From: Bugula neritina
Taxonomy: Eukaryota > Animalia > Bryozoa
Reading direction: 5' to 3'
Assembly (NCBI GenBank): GCA_964035545.1
Contig: OZ037765.1
Coordinates: forward strand, 13,774,698 to 13,838,697
Length of the DNA stretch: 64,000 nt
The position numbers and the translations under genes are program-made. Shown piece by piece: positions 41,101 through 52,510 of the stretch. How positions within the stretch are numbered: the stretch's first letter is position 1; every line of letters starts with the position of its first letter. The notes beneath the pieces were generated by a model. That model saw only the letters and a list, made by a program, of their open reading frames with translations. It was not told where the DNA came from and ran no database searches.

Positions 41101-44100
41101 GGGTCAACTTACCATTCATATGTGAAATAGCCTTAGCACCTTATTACAGTTAGGTTAAGGAATGTTGCTGACTAGTTTAATATTGAAATTGCTCAAAAAA
41201 ACCTACTGAAGTTTGAGTGATACCCAAAGAAATTAGCTACACAACAAATGCATAAATATGTAATTATTTTTATAATTTGCTTTTTTAAAAAGTTGCAAAA
41301 GCAACATGCATGTAAAAATAAATAAGTTGGCAAGACAAATAGATAATACATGTAACTACTTTCAATGTATATTAATGTTAGTGAGGACACAACCAGCCTG
41401 AGTAAACTGCGTAATATAGATTTATGTAAAATACTGGTTCCCAGCATGCATAGTCAATGTTGCCTTTAAAGTTTAATGGACCCGATTAGCAACAATTCAA
41501 TTTAATATAAGTGACCTATCAGAAAGACCATCGACTGTAATTCAGCAATAAAACGATCTATTCACAAAAATGTGTCAAAAACTGACTCAAATAAGAAACA
41601 CTCAATGCTAATTCTCACTAACTAAATACTCAATATTTGATCAGCAGGCCTAGGGTAATTCTCCCAAGGTTACTCAAGTTTAAATATTGCAGAAGTTATG
41701 GCTGCATTGTTTCTCCAGGCAATCAAAATCTGGTGATAATATTAAAATAGATGTAATTGGTCAATTATCTTGCAGACAAATATAATATGTTGCCAATTAT
41801 TTGCTTCAATATATACCTTATGGATCACAGCCAATGAAGTGTATGCTGTAACTGCACTGGTCAGATTGTGACTACCATAATGATATCAGGTGCACTCTAT
41901 GCCATTGTATATTCACTTAATGAATACCTGAATCACAGCATTGAACCAGCAAGTATTGCCCACATTCTTCAGGCCAACTGGCCAGCTATCCTCCCTCACC
42001 CGTTCATGGGGGTTCGCATGGTCATATAACCAGGTGCTGCTCTTGATGGTGCTGCCAGGGTTTGTGTCGGCAAGACTTGCTTCTAGCACTCTACAAAGTA
42101 GAATTTTCCTAAATATAACACAATCTATACAAGTTATGATTGAATTAAATACCCATTATATAATCAGCATTTTAATTCCATCAGAAAGATGTGGTGTAGC
42201 ACCTAAAACCTCCACTTTACTTGAGAAATTAGCATTGCGCTTAAAGTTTTAAGTAGCAACCAATTTAAAACACCAAATGATCAAAATGAATATTAATCAA
42301 TGCATGTACCAGTCTGTTTTAACTTGAAAAAATAATTTAAAAAACTCAGTAATGGCATAGTAGGTGTGCATAAATTATTTGAATATGTGCAGGGCACTTG
42401 CATTAGTAGTCAGAAATCCGCAAAGTGAGATTGACCAACTTATTTAAATATCAAAATAAGTTTCAATAGCACAGCAACTGCAAATTGCTTTCAGCTTCCC
42501 TCTTCTTATGGCTAAATCTTCAGCATTCAGTGTCTCAGTTTCAATCTGACTGCAACTACTTCAGTGGAGAGTGTATCTAATCACATTTCTATGACTACAT
42601 TACTATCTTATGGAGTTGCTTCCCCTTTTGTAGCATCAAAATGCGAGAAATTTGATGATATATTTTTAGGTTGGTAGTCAGAGCTATGCTTTTTTATGAT
42701 GAAATTATGTTTTCAGATCAAATCACCTATAGAACAACTATGGGTTTTCATTTGCTCAACAAATTTCTGCAATACTGTACATGCATATTTACAACTGAGC
42801 ATTACAATATACCAACACATTACCTCTAAAATATAATAATAAACCACTGTTACAATATATTAACAGACCAACTTACTCTGCTGATAGTTGTAAGACAATT
42901 GCTTAACATACATTCTGATAGCCTTAGTTATATTTCATCTTTCATTAGTTTCAAACTATTCACCTAGAAACCTTGCATAACTTTTCATTATCAGCTGACT
43001 TTCAGTACCTCTTTGATGTATGAGTCACTCAGCCAGAATTGAACTAGAGGTTTGCCCATGAGCTGATTGACCTATAGCACCTATAGACCTATAGACTGGC
43101 TATTAGACTAACTGAGCTCAAAATTTTAAACTGTTTCTATTTTTTCAACTGGCTGCAGTCAGACCGAAATTGAGCCATGAAGAGTTGGTGAATTTAAACC
43201 AATGCCCTCTAAACTATTTCACTAGTTTACAACTCAATAAACAGAAACCCCTGCACATATTACCTTCAAAAATATCACCTTCAAAAAGATATTTATACGA
43301 ATTTTATTTAAATTGGCATCATAAAATCCAAACCATAGTTATAACATAATTAGATGCATCTTGAAATAAATGATAGAGTTGAAAAAAGTTAATATACAGT
43401 TTTGAACAGAATAATAACCTGCTGTGCTAAAAGTTGCAACAAAAACTCATCTAAACAAAATAAATAATGATACTGAAACACGGAGTCTACTAAATAGACC
43501 AGCATATAAAATAGTAATTAAAACTTGACTAACTGTGGCTGTATAGAAAACAACTCCAAATTACTGTTAGCCAAAGATGAAGTCACTGCTAATATATATA
43601 GTATGCTTATTTATCAATATAAGAGATTTATATTAGTAGTAATTATGAACAATACAAAAGGTATGCTTGCATATAAAGGCTAAGGACAGACTATTTTTTA
43701 TTTTAATATGAATAATATTAACCATGTTTTCATGTTTGAGAGCTCTTTGCCGGATGGCGACATAAATAGAGTATAAAGGAACTATAAAGAATACGTGTAT
43801 CCACAAAAAATTCTACCATTAAGCAAGAATAACGTCTTGTGACAGATAAAACAAAATGCACAATATTGTGTACAATGAATAACAATTAAAACAAATTGGT
43901 TAGTTACACAAGACAAAGAAAGTACTACCTGCTAATATCTTGGTCCTCTTTACTAATCTGGCCACCAAGCATGGTTGGTGTCGTAGAGTGGTTCTCAAGA
44001 CTGGCTGCTATGGCCTTCTGAATATCATCATCGGCAGTTAAATCAATCACAGGATTGCTGGGGTTTCCATCTTTAAATCAATGTCATACAAAACATAACT

Positions 44101-45272
44101 TGCTAAAATTTGAAAATAAAATCAAGCAAAGCACATGAAATGGTTCATTTTATAATAATTCATGTAAAACTAAATGGGGGCCATAACTCCAAAGCACAAG
44201 GTAAACTGATATAACAAGCCTAAGTGTAGGGCCACACAACGGGTTTTACACGAGCGTGACGTTCGAGAAATCTCATTTAGCCCAAAAATTGATCGTTGTG
44301 TGCAGATTTTCAAGCGCCCAACATGCTGAGCGAGAAGTGCGACACGCTTGTGCGACACAGTTTGATCTAATTGGCTTATTACCATGTAATATTTAGCGAG
44401 CACACTTTTTTATTTTAATTCACAATTTAACTTCTAGCGAGCTGAATTAAAACAGTTTTATATAGTTTGCATTTCCGCTTTTATAATATCCAAATCTGAT
44501 GACGTAGTTTAAAAACAAACGTCTGTAGGCGAGCAGTAAAGTTTAACACTAACATCATTGGCTAATATTTTTTTGCACTCGCAACACATGCACTGTGTGT
44601 GGCAGGTCACTAGCGTGTATTCTAATGGGATTTCTCACACGTCACGCTTGCGTAAAACGCATCGTGTGGCCCTACACTAAGAAATACCTGTTTGGGTGTC
44701 CATTGAGTTAGTTCGAGGCCGCTGAGTGGTAGGAAGTGACGCCAGAGAACTGCTAGTCTAAAGGGTACAAGATTTTACATCAACTGACAGAGGAATGTAT
44801 AAAAAAGCAACCGACATACTGAAGCAAACAAATAATATGACACTGTGATGTATAAAAATAACCAAGGCTAACCAGTGGCTGGGGCAGAACGGATGCGGAA
44901 ACCTTGTTTGGACTCAATAGGCTAGATATAACGTCAGCTGTAATATTATCAGCATTGTCTGCTTTGGCCAAACAGTTCTGCCATGTTTTCACAATAGTTG
45001 ATCTGTCTGTTATTCCAGTGATTTCAGTAATCTTACTGAAGGGAATATCCTTGATGACCTGCGAGAGAAACAAGTGGTGGACTGCACCATTCTAGATGTG
45101 CCTGAACATAGTGACTGGCAGTAAAAACATCTCAACCAGTTTAAATGCAACTAAAAATGATTTATAAATACTATAAAACCAACTGAGAGTAGAAAGCAAT
45201 GAGTTAATAAGGATTACTATCTATATATAAACATGGAGTTGTACTCACATCAGGTTGCACGCCAATGGTCAT
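26107..45272 (-). CDS. USP25: Ubiquitin carboxyl-terminal hydrolase 25/28 family deubiquitinase, ~1047 aa
   Basis: Minus-strand exons: 45272-45249, 45058-44903, 44757-44688, 44070-43929, 42090-41928, 36001-35933, 35795-35634, 35418-35205, 34488-34346, 34232-34105, 33895-33800, 33358-33239, 33015-32805, 32083-31816, 30596-30390, 30035-29911, 29596-29409, 27263-27102, 26807-26657, 26533-26338, 26255-26107 (3144 nt, frame intact). Motifs: UBA-like start (ITEITGITD), SIM VIDLT, two UIMs (DDDIQKAIAASL, EDQDISRVLEASL), Cys box GLKNVGNTCWFNAVIQ, QQDVSEF, His box LHAVLVHEGEALSGHYW. Probably the co-ortholog of vertebrate USP25 and USP28. Confidence 0.93.
27704..28998. mobile_element. Possible degenerate non-autonomous DNA transposon in a USP25 intron
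   Basis: G-rich left end (GGAGGGGGGCACAACGGGCC), C-rich right end (CCCCCCCTTACCCTATA) and internal GGCCCATTGTGCCCC / GGTACAATGGGC / GGCCCATTATGTCC motifs. TIRs are poorly matched. Confidence 0.3.
32129..32168. repeat. (TA)n microsatellite
   Basis: Directly visible. Confidence 0.95.
33922..33979. repeat. Perfect 24-bp inverted repeat with a 10-nt loop
   Basis: AAAGTATGGAATGAACTGCTATAC-ATAACATAAA-GTATAGCAGTTCATTCCATACTTT. Confidence 0.95.
36770..36812 (+). promoter_or_regulatory. Putative TATA/Inr core promoter of the nested lectin gene
   Basis: CATATAAG at ~36772, with an Inr-like CACATTC about 30 nt downstream. The TATA lies about 140 nt upstream of ATG 36915. Confidence 0.45.
36915..40619 (+). 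CDS. Secreted coiled-coil protein with a C-terminal C-type lectin-like domain (isoform A, ~798 aa), nested antisense in USP25 intron 36002-41927
   Basis: Exons: 36915-37025, 37162-37225, 37350-37537, 37631-37847, 37966-38126, 38230-38568, 38725-39006, 39214-39435, 39551-39839, 39943-40134, 40288-40619 (2397 nt, frame intact). Signal peptide MKKFVSALLVLHVALTYA, a ~420-aa Glu/Ala/Leu-rich heptad region, then CTLD CPPTYEKFGSSCY..W..AQEQC..GNLVAIESKKEQ...C...W....C......YVCE. AATAAA at 40761. The exon 3 acceptor (AAG) is the least certain junction. Confidence 0.88.
40894..41153 (+). CDS. Alternative terminal exon (isoform B, ~774 aa) encoding a second version of the C-terminal half of the C-type lectin domain
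   Basis: Acceptor TTATTACAG at 40893, in the same phase (1) as the donor after 40134. The ORF reads ..YIHMGAFD..GQFTWVGS..NWLLNNPRGNGRRCSAIQ..GQWADSFCWVNLPFICE..*. Own AATAAA at 41317. No second N-terminal CTLD half is visible between the two exons. Confidence 0.8.
44224..44677. mobile_element. MITE with ~60-bp TIRs and a TAA TSD (PIF/Harbinger, Tourist-like)
   Basis: Left end GTGTAGGGCCACACAACGGGTTTTACACGAGCGTGACG matches the right-end reverse complement GTGTAGGGCCACACGATGCGTTTTACGCAAGCGTGACG. TAA at 44221-44223 and 44678-44680. It ends about 10 nt from a USP25 donor site. Confidence 0.8.
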
Positions 45273-47221
45273 GTTAGAAAGTTCTTCAGCTCTGGTGGAC
45301 TAATAAACTCATCAATAGCAAAGCTCTACAACATTATGACACATTAACATACTAGGAAGTAGGGAAGGAACTTGATAATTATACCATAAAATATATACAC
45401 AAATTTTGATCTTCAACACTGCGATATACGATCTTACAACAGTGTGTAAAGTTAAGCTACATGAGAACAGCTGCTAGATAAAAAATAAATTGATTAGACA
45501 TCTAATATGACAAGTAAACAAATGATAAAATCTGAAAAAATTCTCACTATTTGTGTATACATTTAGTTTTTTCTTTTTTTGAAACCGATTTTGTAAAATA
45601 ATAAATATTATGAGTTGATAAGCTAACAGCAGTTGTGCCCACTTGCTAACTATCACGTTGATTTGTATTAGGAGTTATGTTTACAAGATTTCTATAGAAT
45701 GTTGTACCAAGAGCTAATAAAATGATCTATAGTAAACACATTTGCAGATTAAGTGCCACTTTCTATTAATACTTAGAACATAAAAAATCTATTCATATAT
45801 GCATATATGCATGATTATTGCAACTGTTACAGGCTACAAAGAGAGAAAAAATATTCAGAGCATTTAAAGCAATATTAGTCTACCTTATATAATTTAATTC
45901 ATTATGTAAGGTTAACATCATATACTACAACATGAAACAGGTTTTGTTAACCTCATGCTTATTGATGGTATTATAAGAAAATGTTAGGGGAAAAACTACC
46001 TTTAATTAATAGTAAATTACTAATGCATATTGATTCACCAGTAAAGATTAATCAAACCATTTCAATTCTATTTTCATGTTTACTCTTGCTTTCCCTTCTC
46101 TCCCTTTTGAATTCAAGTTTGTTTAAAAGTTAATATGTTATTTTCAAAGCATTCAGTTTAAACATATCTATGTACACTGGTGAGTTACTTATGAAAATAA
46201 AAATCATAACTTTAGACTCATTCATAAATTCACTTTTAAATTAGTTTTAATAAACAATAATCACCATTAAATAAGTCCCTATGACAGAAAATGATTTAAT
46301 TATTTTACTAATGTTGATTATTAATGTATTTATCACCCATATCATCTCATACAGGCTAGTTATTATGAAGCATCACAGAAATTAAAATACCTAAATGGTG
46401 AGTTTAGAAGCAAATAATAATACAAAAACAATATATCATAAGTACAAACTTATTCACAGAAATAAAATTACTATGTATAAATAAAAAATAATGAAAAAAC
46501 CCTGATTTATAGTTTCTATGTATGCTAAAATGAATATAATTATGGCAATAGCTAACCTAAAACAATGATTAGTACTATGATCGGGATAAATTATGAATGA
46601 TAGAATAAAAACTATTGTGCCTATCATAAAAAAACTTATAATTGTTTAAAGTCTCGCCCTGTGAAAACCCCGATGCAACTTTTTATTCAGGCTACGGACT
46701 GAGCTCCTCACAGGGTTGACAACATGGTTTTGAGATTTTCAAAAATGCTACACAAGTGTTTATAATCAGACGCTTTTCCTGACATTGCCAATGGCTCTGC
46801 ACCAAGTGAAAACCTCACTGTGCCAGAGCTTTAACGACTTGACTATGGTTGCGATATGAGTGAAGCAACCCAAGACCAACGTCAATGTGGGGTTTTTAGT
46901 ATTCAACCTGAACAATGACTTGAGCCAATTTGAATTAACATGACACTTGACTGTCAACTTAGTCCATAGCTACAGTATTAGTAAATGTAATGCTTACTAT
47001 TAGTATGAGACTGAGTATCATGTCAGTTATGATCATCATATTTACTGCCAGCATATCAAAGTCAATTAGTGAACTACATCAGTATTAGTATAATACTCAC
47101 AACACTATATCAACAACCAACAAAAATATGAATATTTACATGGCAACAAAATTAATTAATAATGAATAATGAAAACAATAATGTAAAATACAAAATTGTA
47201 AATGTATCCATGCCCATAGAC

Positions 47222-47703
47222 GGGTTACTGCCGTTTTGTACACAAGTTGTTTCAAAAACCAGTCGTTCCGTACACAAAATGGTCGTTTCGTACACTAACT
47301 GCTGTCTATTTCGTATACAAAATGAATAATATATTAATCCACTGGATAACCACTTGAATGATACTAGTTAACTTATTTATTGCATTCCAGCATGTATCTT
47401 TCACACCTCCCATATCACCTATTGATCAATGTTTTACATTATTTAAATTATATGTTTTATATATTTATATGTGATAATTGATCGCGCTACTATTTTTTGG
47501 TTTTTAATCTATTAATATAAAATGCAAACACATGAAATGTGCAAGTTACCTGTGAGCAGCACTGTATGACTCAATCTCATATACATAAAACAATAAATAT
47601 TAAAAAATGTGTATTTTAGTTAATTTATATTGATGTGTATGAAAAGACCTATCAGATGTGTACGAAACGACCTGAAAAAGTGCGTACGAAACGACCTGCA
47701 CCC
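47222..47703. mobile_element. MITE with subterminal GGTCGTTTCGTACAC repeats (possibly hAT-derived)
   Basis: Three direct copies of the motif at the left end and three inverted copies at the right end, GGG...CCC termini, and a degenerate 8-bp TSD CCATAGAC / CTATAGGC. Confidence 0.7.
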
Positions 47704-47819
47704 CTATAGGCTATATGCCCTACAGTCATGATCATGTTCGAATGACATTATTTTTAATTATACTATTAAAGCCAATAAATTATTATTAGAAAAGGTGATA
47801 AATAAATTCAAAGTTGATA

Positions 47820-48283
47820 TTTTACTAACAATGTACTAATACTAACACTTATAGTCAATTATATTTAATTTTATAATCATTAACAAAGTTCCAATTGTGA
47901 TTCAAATTGAAATTTAAATTTAAATTGCTATCAATGTTATAACTATGCTTAGCATTGCTCAGCTTTAGTTTAAATTTGATTATACGCATACAGTTATACT
48001 TGTAGACTTTAGCAATACTAAGCCTAACATAGAGTTATGATTATATTGATCATCATTAATGATTATCATTATGATTATGCAAGTTCAAGCTGAAGTTGTA
48101 CTTTTCTATACTAAAAGTAAATATAATACGAATACTAATAGTAATACTAATAGTAATAGTAATATCAATACTGAATACAGTATCAAATCCAATATAAGTC
48201 AAAGTGTGTGTATAAGTATGAGCAACAGTAATACTAATAGTATAAGTATTATTAAAGCACTAATACTTTATTTTATACTAATA
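47820..48283. repeat. Low-complexity TAN tract (left flank of the LINE)
   Basis: AATACTAATAGTAATACTAATAGTAATAGT and similar. Confidence 0.7.
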
Positions 48284-51200
48284 AAGAGTGTGTTTACAAC
48301 GCACGGTTACAATCACATGATTTCACTAGCGAACCTTATTATAGTTGCATAAAAGTTTATAAAAGATAAAGGAATGCCATCTAAGAGCAAGGATAAGTGC
48401 GCCTATTGCAACCTGAAGGCTGATGAGCAAAAATGACATGTGATGATACGCTGTGATTGCTGTGAGACATGGTATCACAGCTAATGTCAGGACCTCACCA
48501 AATATGAGGCAAATATCATCTCTAGCGCAGATGGGAAAGGAGTAAGATGGTTCTGCACCAAATGCATACCGGAGCTGGTAATTAATGTAAACTCTCAAGA
48601 CCAAACTGAAGCTAAAACTTCAATTATCGAACTAAAAAAAAGCTGGAAGAAATGAATTTGTTAACAATGAACAAACTTAACGATATTGACCGAGCTGTTA
48701 AAGGCATGCAACTCACGTATGCTGATGCACTAAAGAGTAACAATAAGAACATAAACTCCCCGGAAGATCAATGTTCCAAGCTTGTTGAGCAAAGTACAGT
48801 GCAAATGAATAAGGCTGTTGAAGTAAACAGAAATGCTGAGAAGTTGATGCAGAAAAGTAATGAAATAAGTGAGGCAGATGCCAGAAAATGTAATGCCATT
48901 CTATATAGTGTGCCGGAGGGAGATGAAATATCGGTATTAGAGCAGGTCGAAAAATTCATGAGAGATGAAAGATTCAAAAACCTTGACAAACCTCATGCCG
49001 CCTTAAGACTCGGGGGAAAAAAGAGTACGGAAAACGCTAGACCCATAAAAGTTGTCTTTGAGACCATCCAATCTAAATGGGCCTTCATAAAGAGGGTGAA
49101 TTCTTGGGGACTTGAAGATGACAAAGTCTTCTGCAAGCTAGATGCCAGCAAGAAAATCCGCAACCAAGAGTTCGCCCTCCGTGAGTGTGTGCGTGGACTG
49201 AAAAGCAACAACCATGGATCTGCATACAGAATAAGGAATCTGCAAATTGAATGTCAGCAACCCTCGGGGGAATGGAAGCGTCTGACGCCGGCATCAAACA
49301 GTGTAGTGAGAGCCCACTAGCCTTATTTTTGGCAAACTCCAGGTCTTTTAAGGGGAAGTCAACCGAAGTTCAATTCATTACATCTGAATATGATAGTTTG
49401 TTTGGTAGAAACACATATTGATGACACTATAAACAACTGTGACATTCTCTCTAGCCAAAGCAAGACCATATTTAGATAGGATCGTAATATTCATGGTGGC
49501 GGGGTCCTTATAGCAGCAGCAAATTCGCTTCAGCCAACTAAAGTTGAACTCGACACTTTGGGCGAAGAAATGGTTGTAGTACAGATCAAACACAACATTA
49601 TAATATGCTGCTACTATAGACCAAACATATCAACGCAAAACATGACAGCTTTGAGAAATGTCGTTGGACACATCTCCAACAAATACCACCATCATTCCAT
49701 CATTCTTGTTGGCGACTTTAACCTCCCTGAAATAGACTGGGAAACCAGAAAACTAAAATATGGTGCAAAATTCAAGTCTGTACACTTGGAATTTCTCACC
49801 ATGTTATTTGAAAACAGGATGCAACAACTTGTTACACAACCCACTCATATTCATGGTAATATCCTGGATTTAATCTGTACCAATAACACAGCGTTAGTCA
49901 CAGATATTGATATATTAGCTTCTGGTTTCAGTGATCACTACATCATCACTGCAGTGCTTACCTGCCATAGACCAAATCTCTTAAAAACACAACCGACAAC
50001 AATTAGACTGTACAAAAATGCAAATATAACTGGTTTCAGAGACAGTATGCAAACTGTCTGTAACAAACTTGAGGACATGTCAGACCCTGACAACATGTGG
50101 CCCCTTTTTAGAGAAGGTCTTGCGCAGGCTTGCAAAGATCACATCCCTACAAAAGTTTTAAAACCAAGAAACTCTCGCTGGCCTGTTTGGTTTGATAAGG
50201 AGGCAAAGGAGCTTGCTCAAAAGCAAAGAAAAATTTGGTTTAAGTATAAAAAAACAAGGGATGTGTTTTTCTTGGAGAAGTATAAAACAGAGCGAAAATC
50301 TTGCAAAAAATTGCTTCGTCACAAAAAGAGGAACTATGTAGTTGAGAAGGGAAATTCCAAGCCTTTTTTCAAACACCTGAGGCAAAAAACCGGTCAAGAT
50401 AATTTTTCCATGTCTCTTACTGACCCTGATACATAACAAACTGATAACTCATTGAGATGTGCTGAGATCTTGAACAGTTTTTTTTATAGTCAGTTCTGCC
50501 AAGATCACCAGGTGTCACTATATCCAAATAGCAGTGATACTCATAACATATGCATATCCATCAAGGGACTTGAGTGGCTTAATAGAGGTTTGGCAAATGG
50601 TAAATCACCGGGGCCAGATGGCATAAGAAAACCAGACCTATTAGTTGATACTGAAATAAATGCCACTTGTCTTCAGCACATATACCATGCCTCACTTAAA
50701 TCTGGAAAACTACCAAGGGAGTGGAAACTTGCTAATGTAACCCCAATACATAAAGGAGGAAGCAAGGAATCACCACAAAATTATAGGCCTATCTCCCTCA
50801 CAAGCATTCCGTGCAAAATGCTTGAGCACATAATCCTGCACTACCTGAATGCAACCCTTGACAATATACTTCACAACAGGCAGCATGATTTTCGGAAGGG
50901 AATGTCATGCGATACTCAGCTGTGCTCAATGTACCATGACATTGCCAAAGCGCACGACCAATCACAAGACACACATGCAATTGTTCTAAACTTCAAAAAA
51001 GCATTTGACAAAGTCCCCCATTTCCTACTGCTACTGAAACCACATCGCATTCCAGAAGTTAACCCACAGATTATAAATTGGATTCAAGATTTCATCACCA
51101 ACAGAAAACAGAGAGTTGTAATCAAAGGCTCATGCTCAACTGAGCTCCCAGTAACATCGGGCGAGTCTTTATGCAGACGACACCCTGTTGTACCAAAGAG

Positions 51201-51572
51201 TAAACTCAGAAGCAGATGCTGCAGACTTCCAGGTCAATATCGATGCAGTATATAACTGGTTCCAACAGTGGAAGATGCCTTTTAATGAAAGTAAATGCCA
51301 TGCTATATCATTTGGTCGCCAAACAGGCCTTCCATCTTATAAGCTTGGGAGTACACTTGTCCAATGGACTGAAGAGACTAAGTATCTCGGTGTGACTGTG
51401 CAGAGTAACCTTAAATTTGACAAACACATTGTGCTGAAATCACAAAAAGCTAGCAGAGTCTTGGGAGCAATAAAGTTTGCTCTCCATGATGCTCCAAAAA
51501 ATGGCAAACTCTTGGCTTACACCAGCCTCTGCCGTCCATTGTTGGACTATGCAGATACCCTCTGGGATCCTT
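48284..51572 (+). mobile_element. Inactive CR1-type non-LTR retrotransposon (LINE): PHD-finger ORF1 plus APE-RT ORF2, 3' end missing
   Basis: ORF1 48374-49320 begins with a PHD finger (CAYC..CDCC..WYH.C..WFCTKC), with stops at 48434 and 48482 and a frameshift before 48652. ORF2 ~49320-51572 has APE motifs (CLVETH, GGGVLIA, YYRP, VGDFNLP, ILDL, SDH) and RT motifs (KSPGPDGI, NYRPISLTS, FKKAFDKVPH, YADD, KYLGV), broken by stops and an internal deletion near 51160. Confidence 0.93.
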
Positions 51573-51574
51573 TA

Positions 51575-51960
51575 AACTATAACTATAAGTATAAGTATAA
51601 CTATTACTAAACTATTACATTTACTATTAGACATTAGTATTAGTATTACTTATAGTTATTACTATTACTATTAGTATTAATATTTGTGAAAACTAAGCTA
51701 TACTTATTACTTATAGTTATACTTATAGTTATAGGATTAAGTTATAATATTAATAGTTATTTGCAAATAGTATTAACAATATTATAATTATAAATATAAT
51801 TCAATTTCCTTACAGTTTTAGTTTAGGTTACACTTACTCTTAGTCACTCTTACTTCAATACTTGTAAAACTAAATGATTTAGTTTAGTTTAATAACATTT
51901 CAGTTTGAGTTTACAATTACTGAATTAGATTTAGTAAAATATGACTAAATCTAATTGTTA
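51575..51960. repeat. Low-complexity TAN tract (right flank of the LINE)
   Basis: TATAACTATAAGTATAAGTATAACTATTACTA and similar. Confidence 0.7.
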
Positions 51961-51969
51961 ACTAAAATG

Positions 51970-52510
51970 TTATTGGTACCGTTGATTATCAAATCAAACT
52001 CATATTTTTAGTTTTCACTGAATGGCAGAAACTAAAAGGAAGATTGCTACCAGTTTCGCAAAACCTAGGGCTACAGAAAGTAGAGGTAAAGTTTCTGTAC
52101 CCGAATGTTTTTGTAATGGAAGCTGCGGCTTTGCTACACTTTTGTAACTGTAGGAAGATGCAACATCACTTTCATTTAAACTAAAATGGAGTTATCTTCT
52201 AACTTGTAGCAGGTTTCGCCAAGCTCAATAATTATCTCGCTTTTTATTAAGCAGCACCAAATTGAGGGTGATTTAAGGCAGTATTTGTAAATACGTCATT
52301 GTCCAAAATCAAGACCGTAGGTCTAAACTTGCGTCTCTAAACTAATGCGCTAAGTCACCCCCAATTCGGTGCTTCTCCTAGCAATATAGAAATAATTTAG
52401 AGCTTTAGCTAATTGCTAAATACAATTGGCTAATAGACTTGCCTGTGAAACTCCAAACACATGTTGAAAGTTGAATGTTTAATTTAAACACGAACGTGCA
52501 TGATTATCGG
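51970..52510. promoter_or_regulatory. Putative bidirectional promoter (USP25 and the TFB2M-like gene) with an imperfect palindromic core at 52221-52405
   Basis: Complex, CpG-containing island between head-to-head genes. Both first coding exons start at acceptors (53291 on +, ~45327 on -). Candidate donor CG|GTATGA at 52510. Function is inferred. Confidence 0.45.

Noticed and set aside
46657-46900. U3 snoRNA, SECIS element, hammerhead ribozyme or miR-10 assignment
   Set aside because: Only isolated motifs match (a CTGA, an ACCCTGT heptamer); the required boxes and core geometry are absent. Kept only as an unassigned structured candidate.
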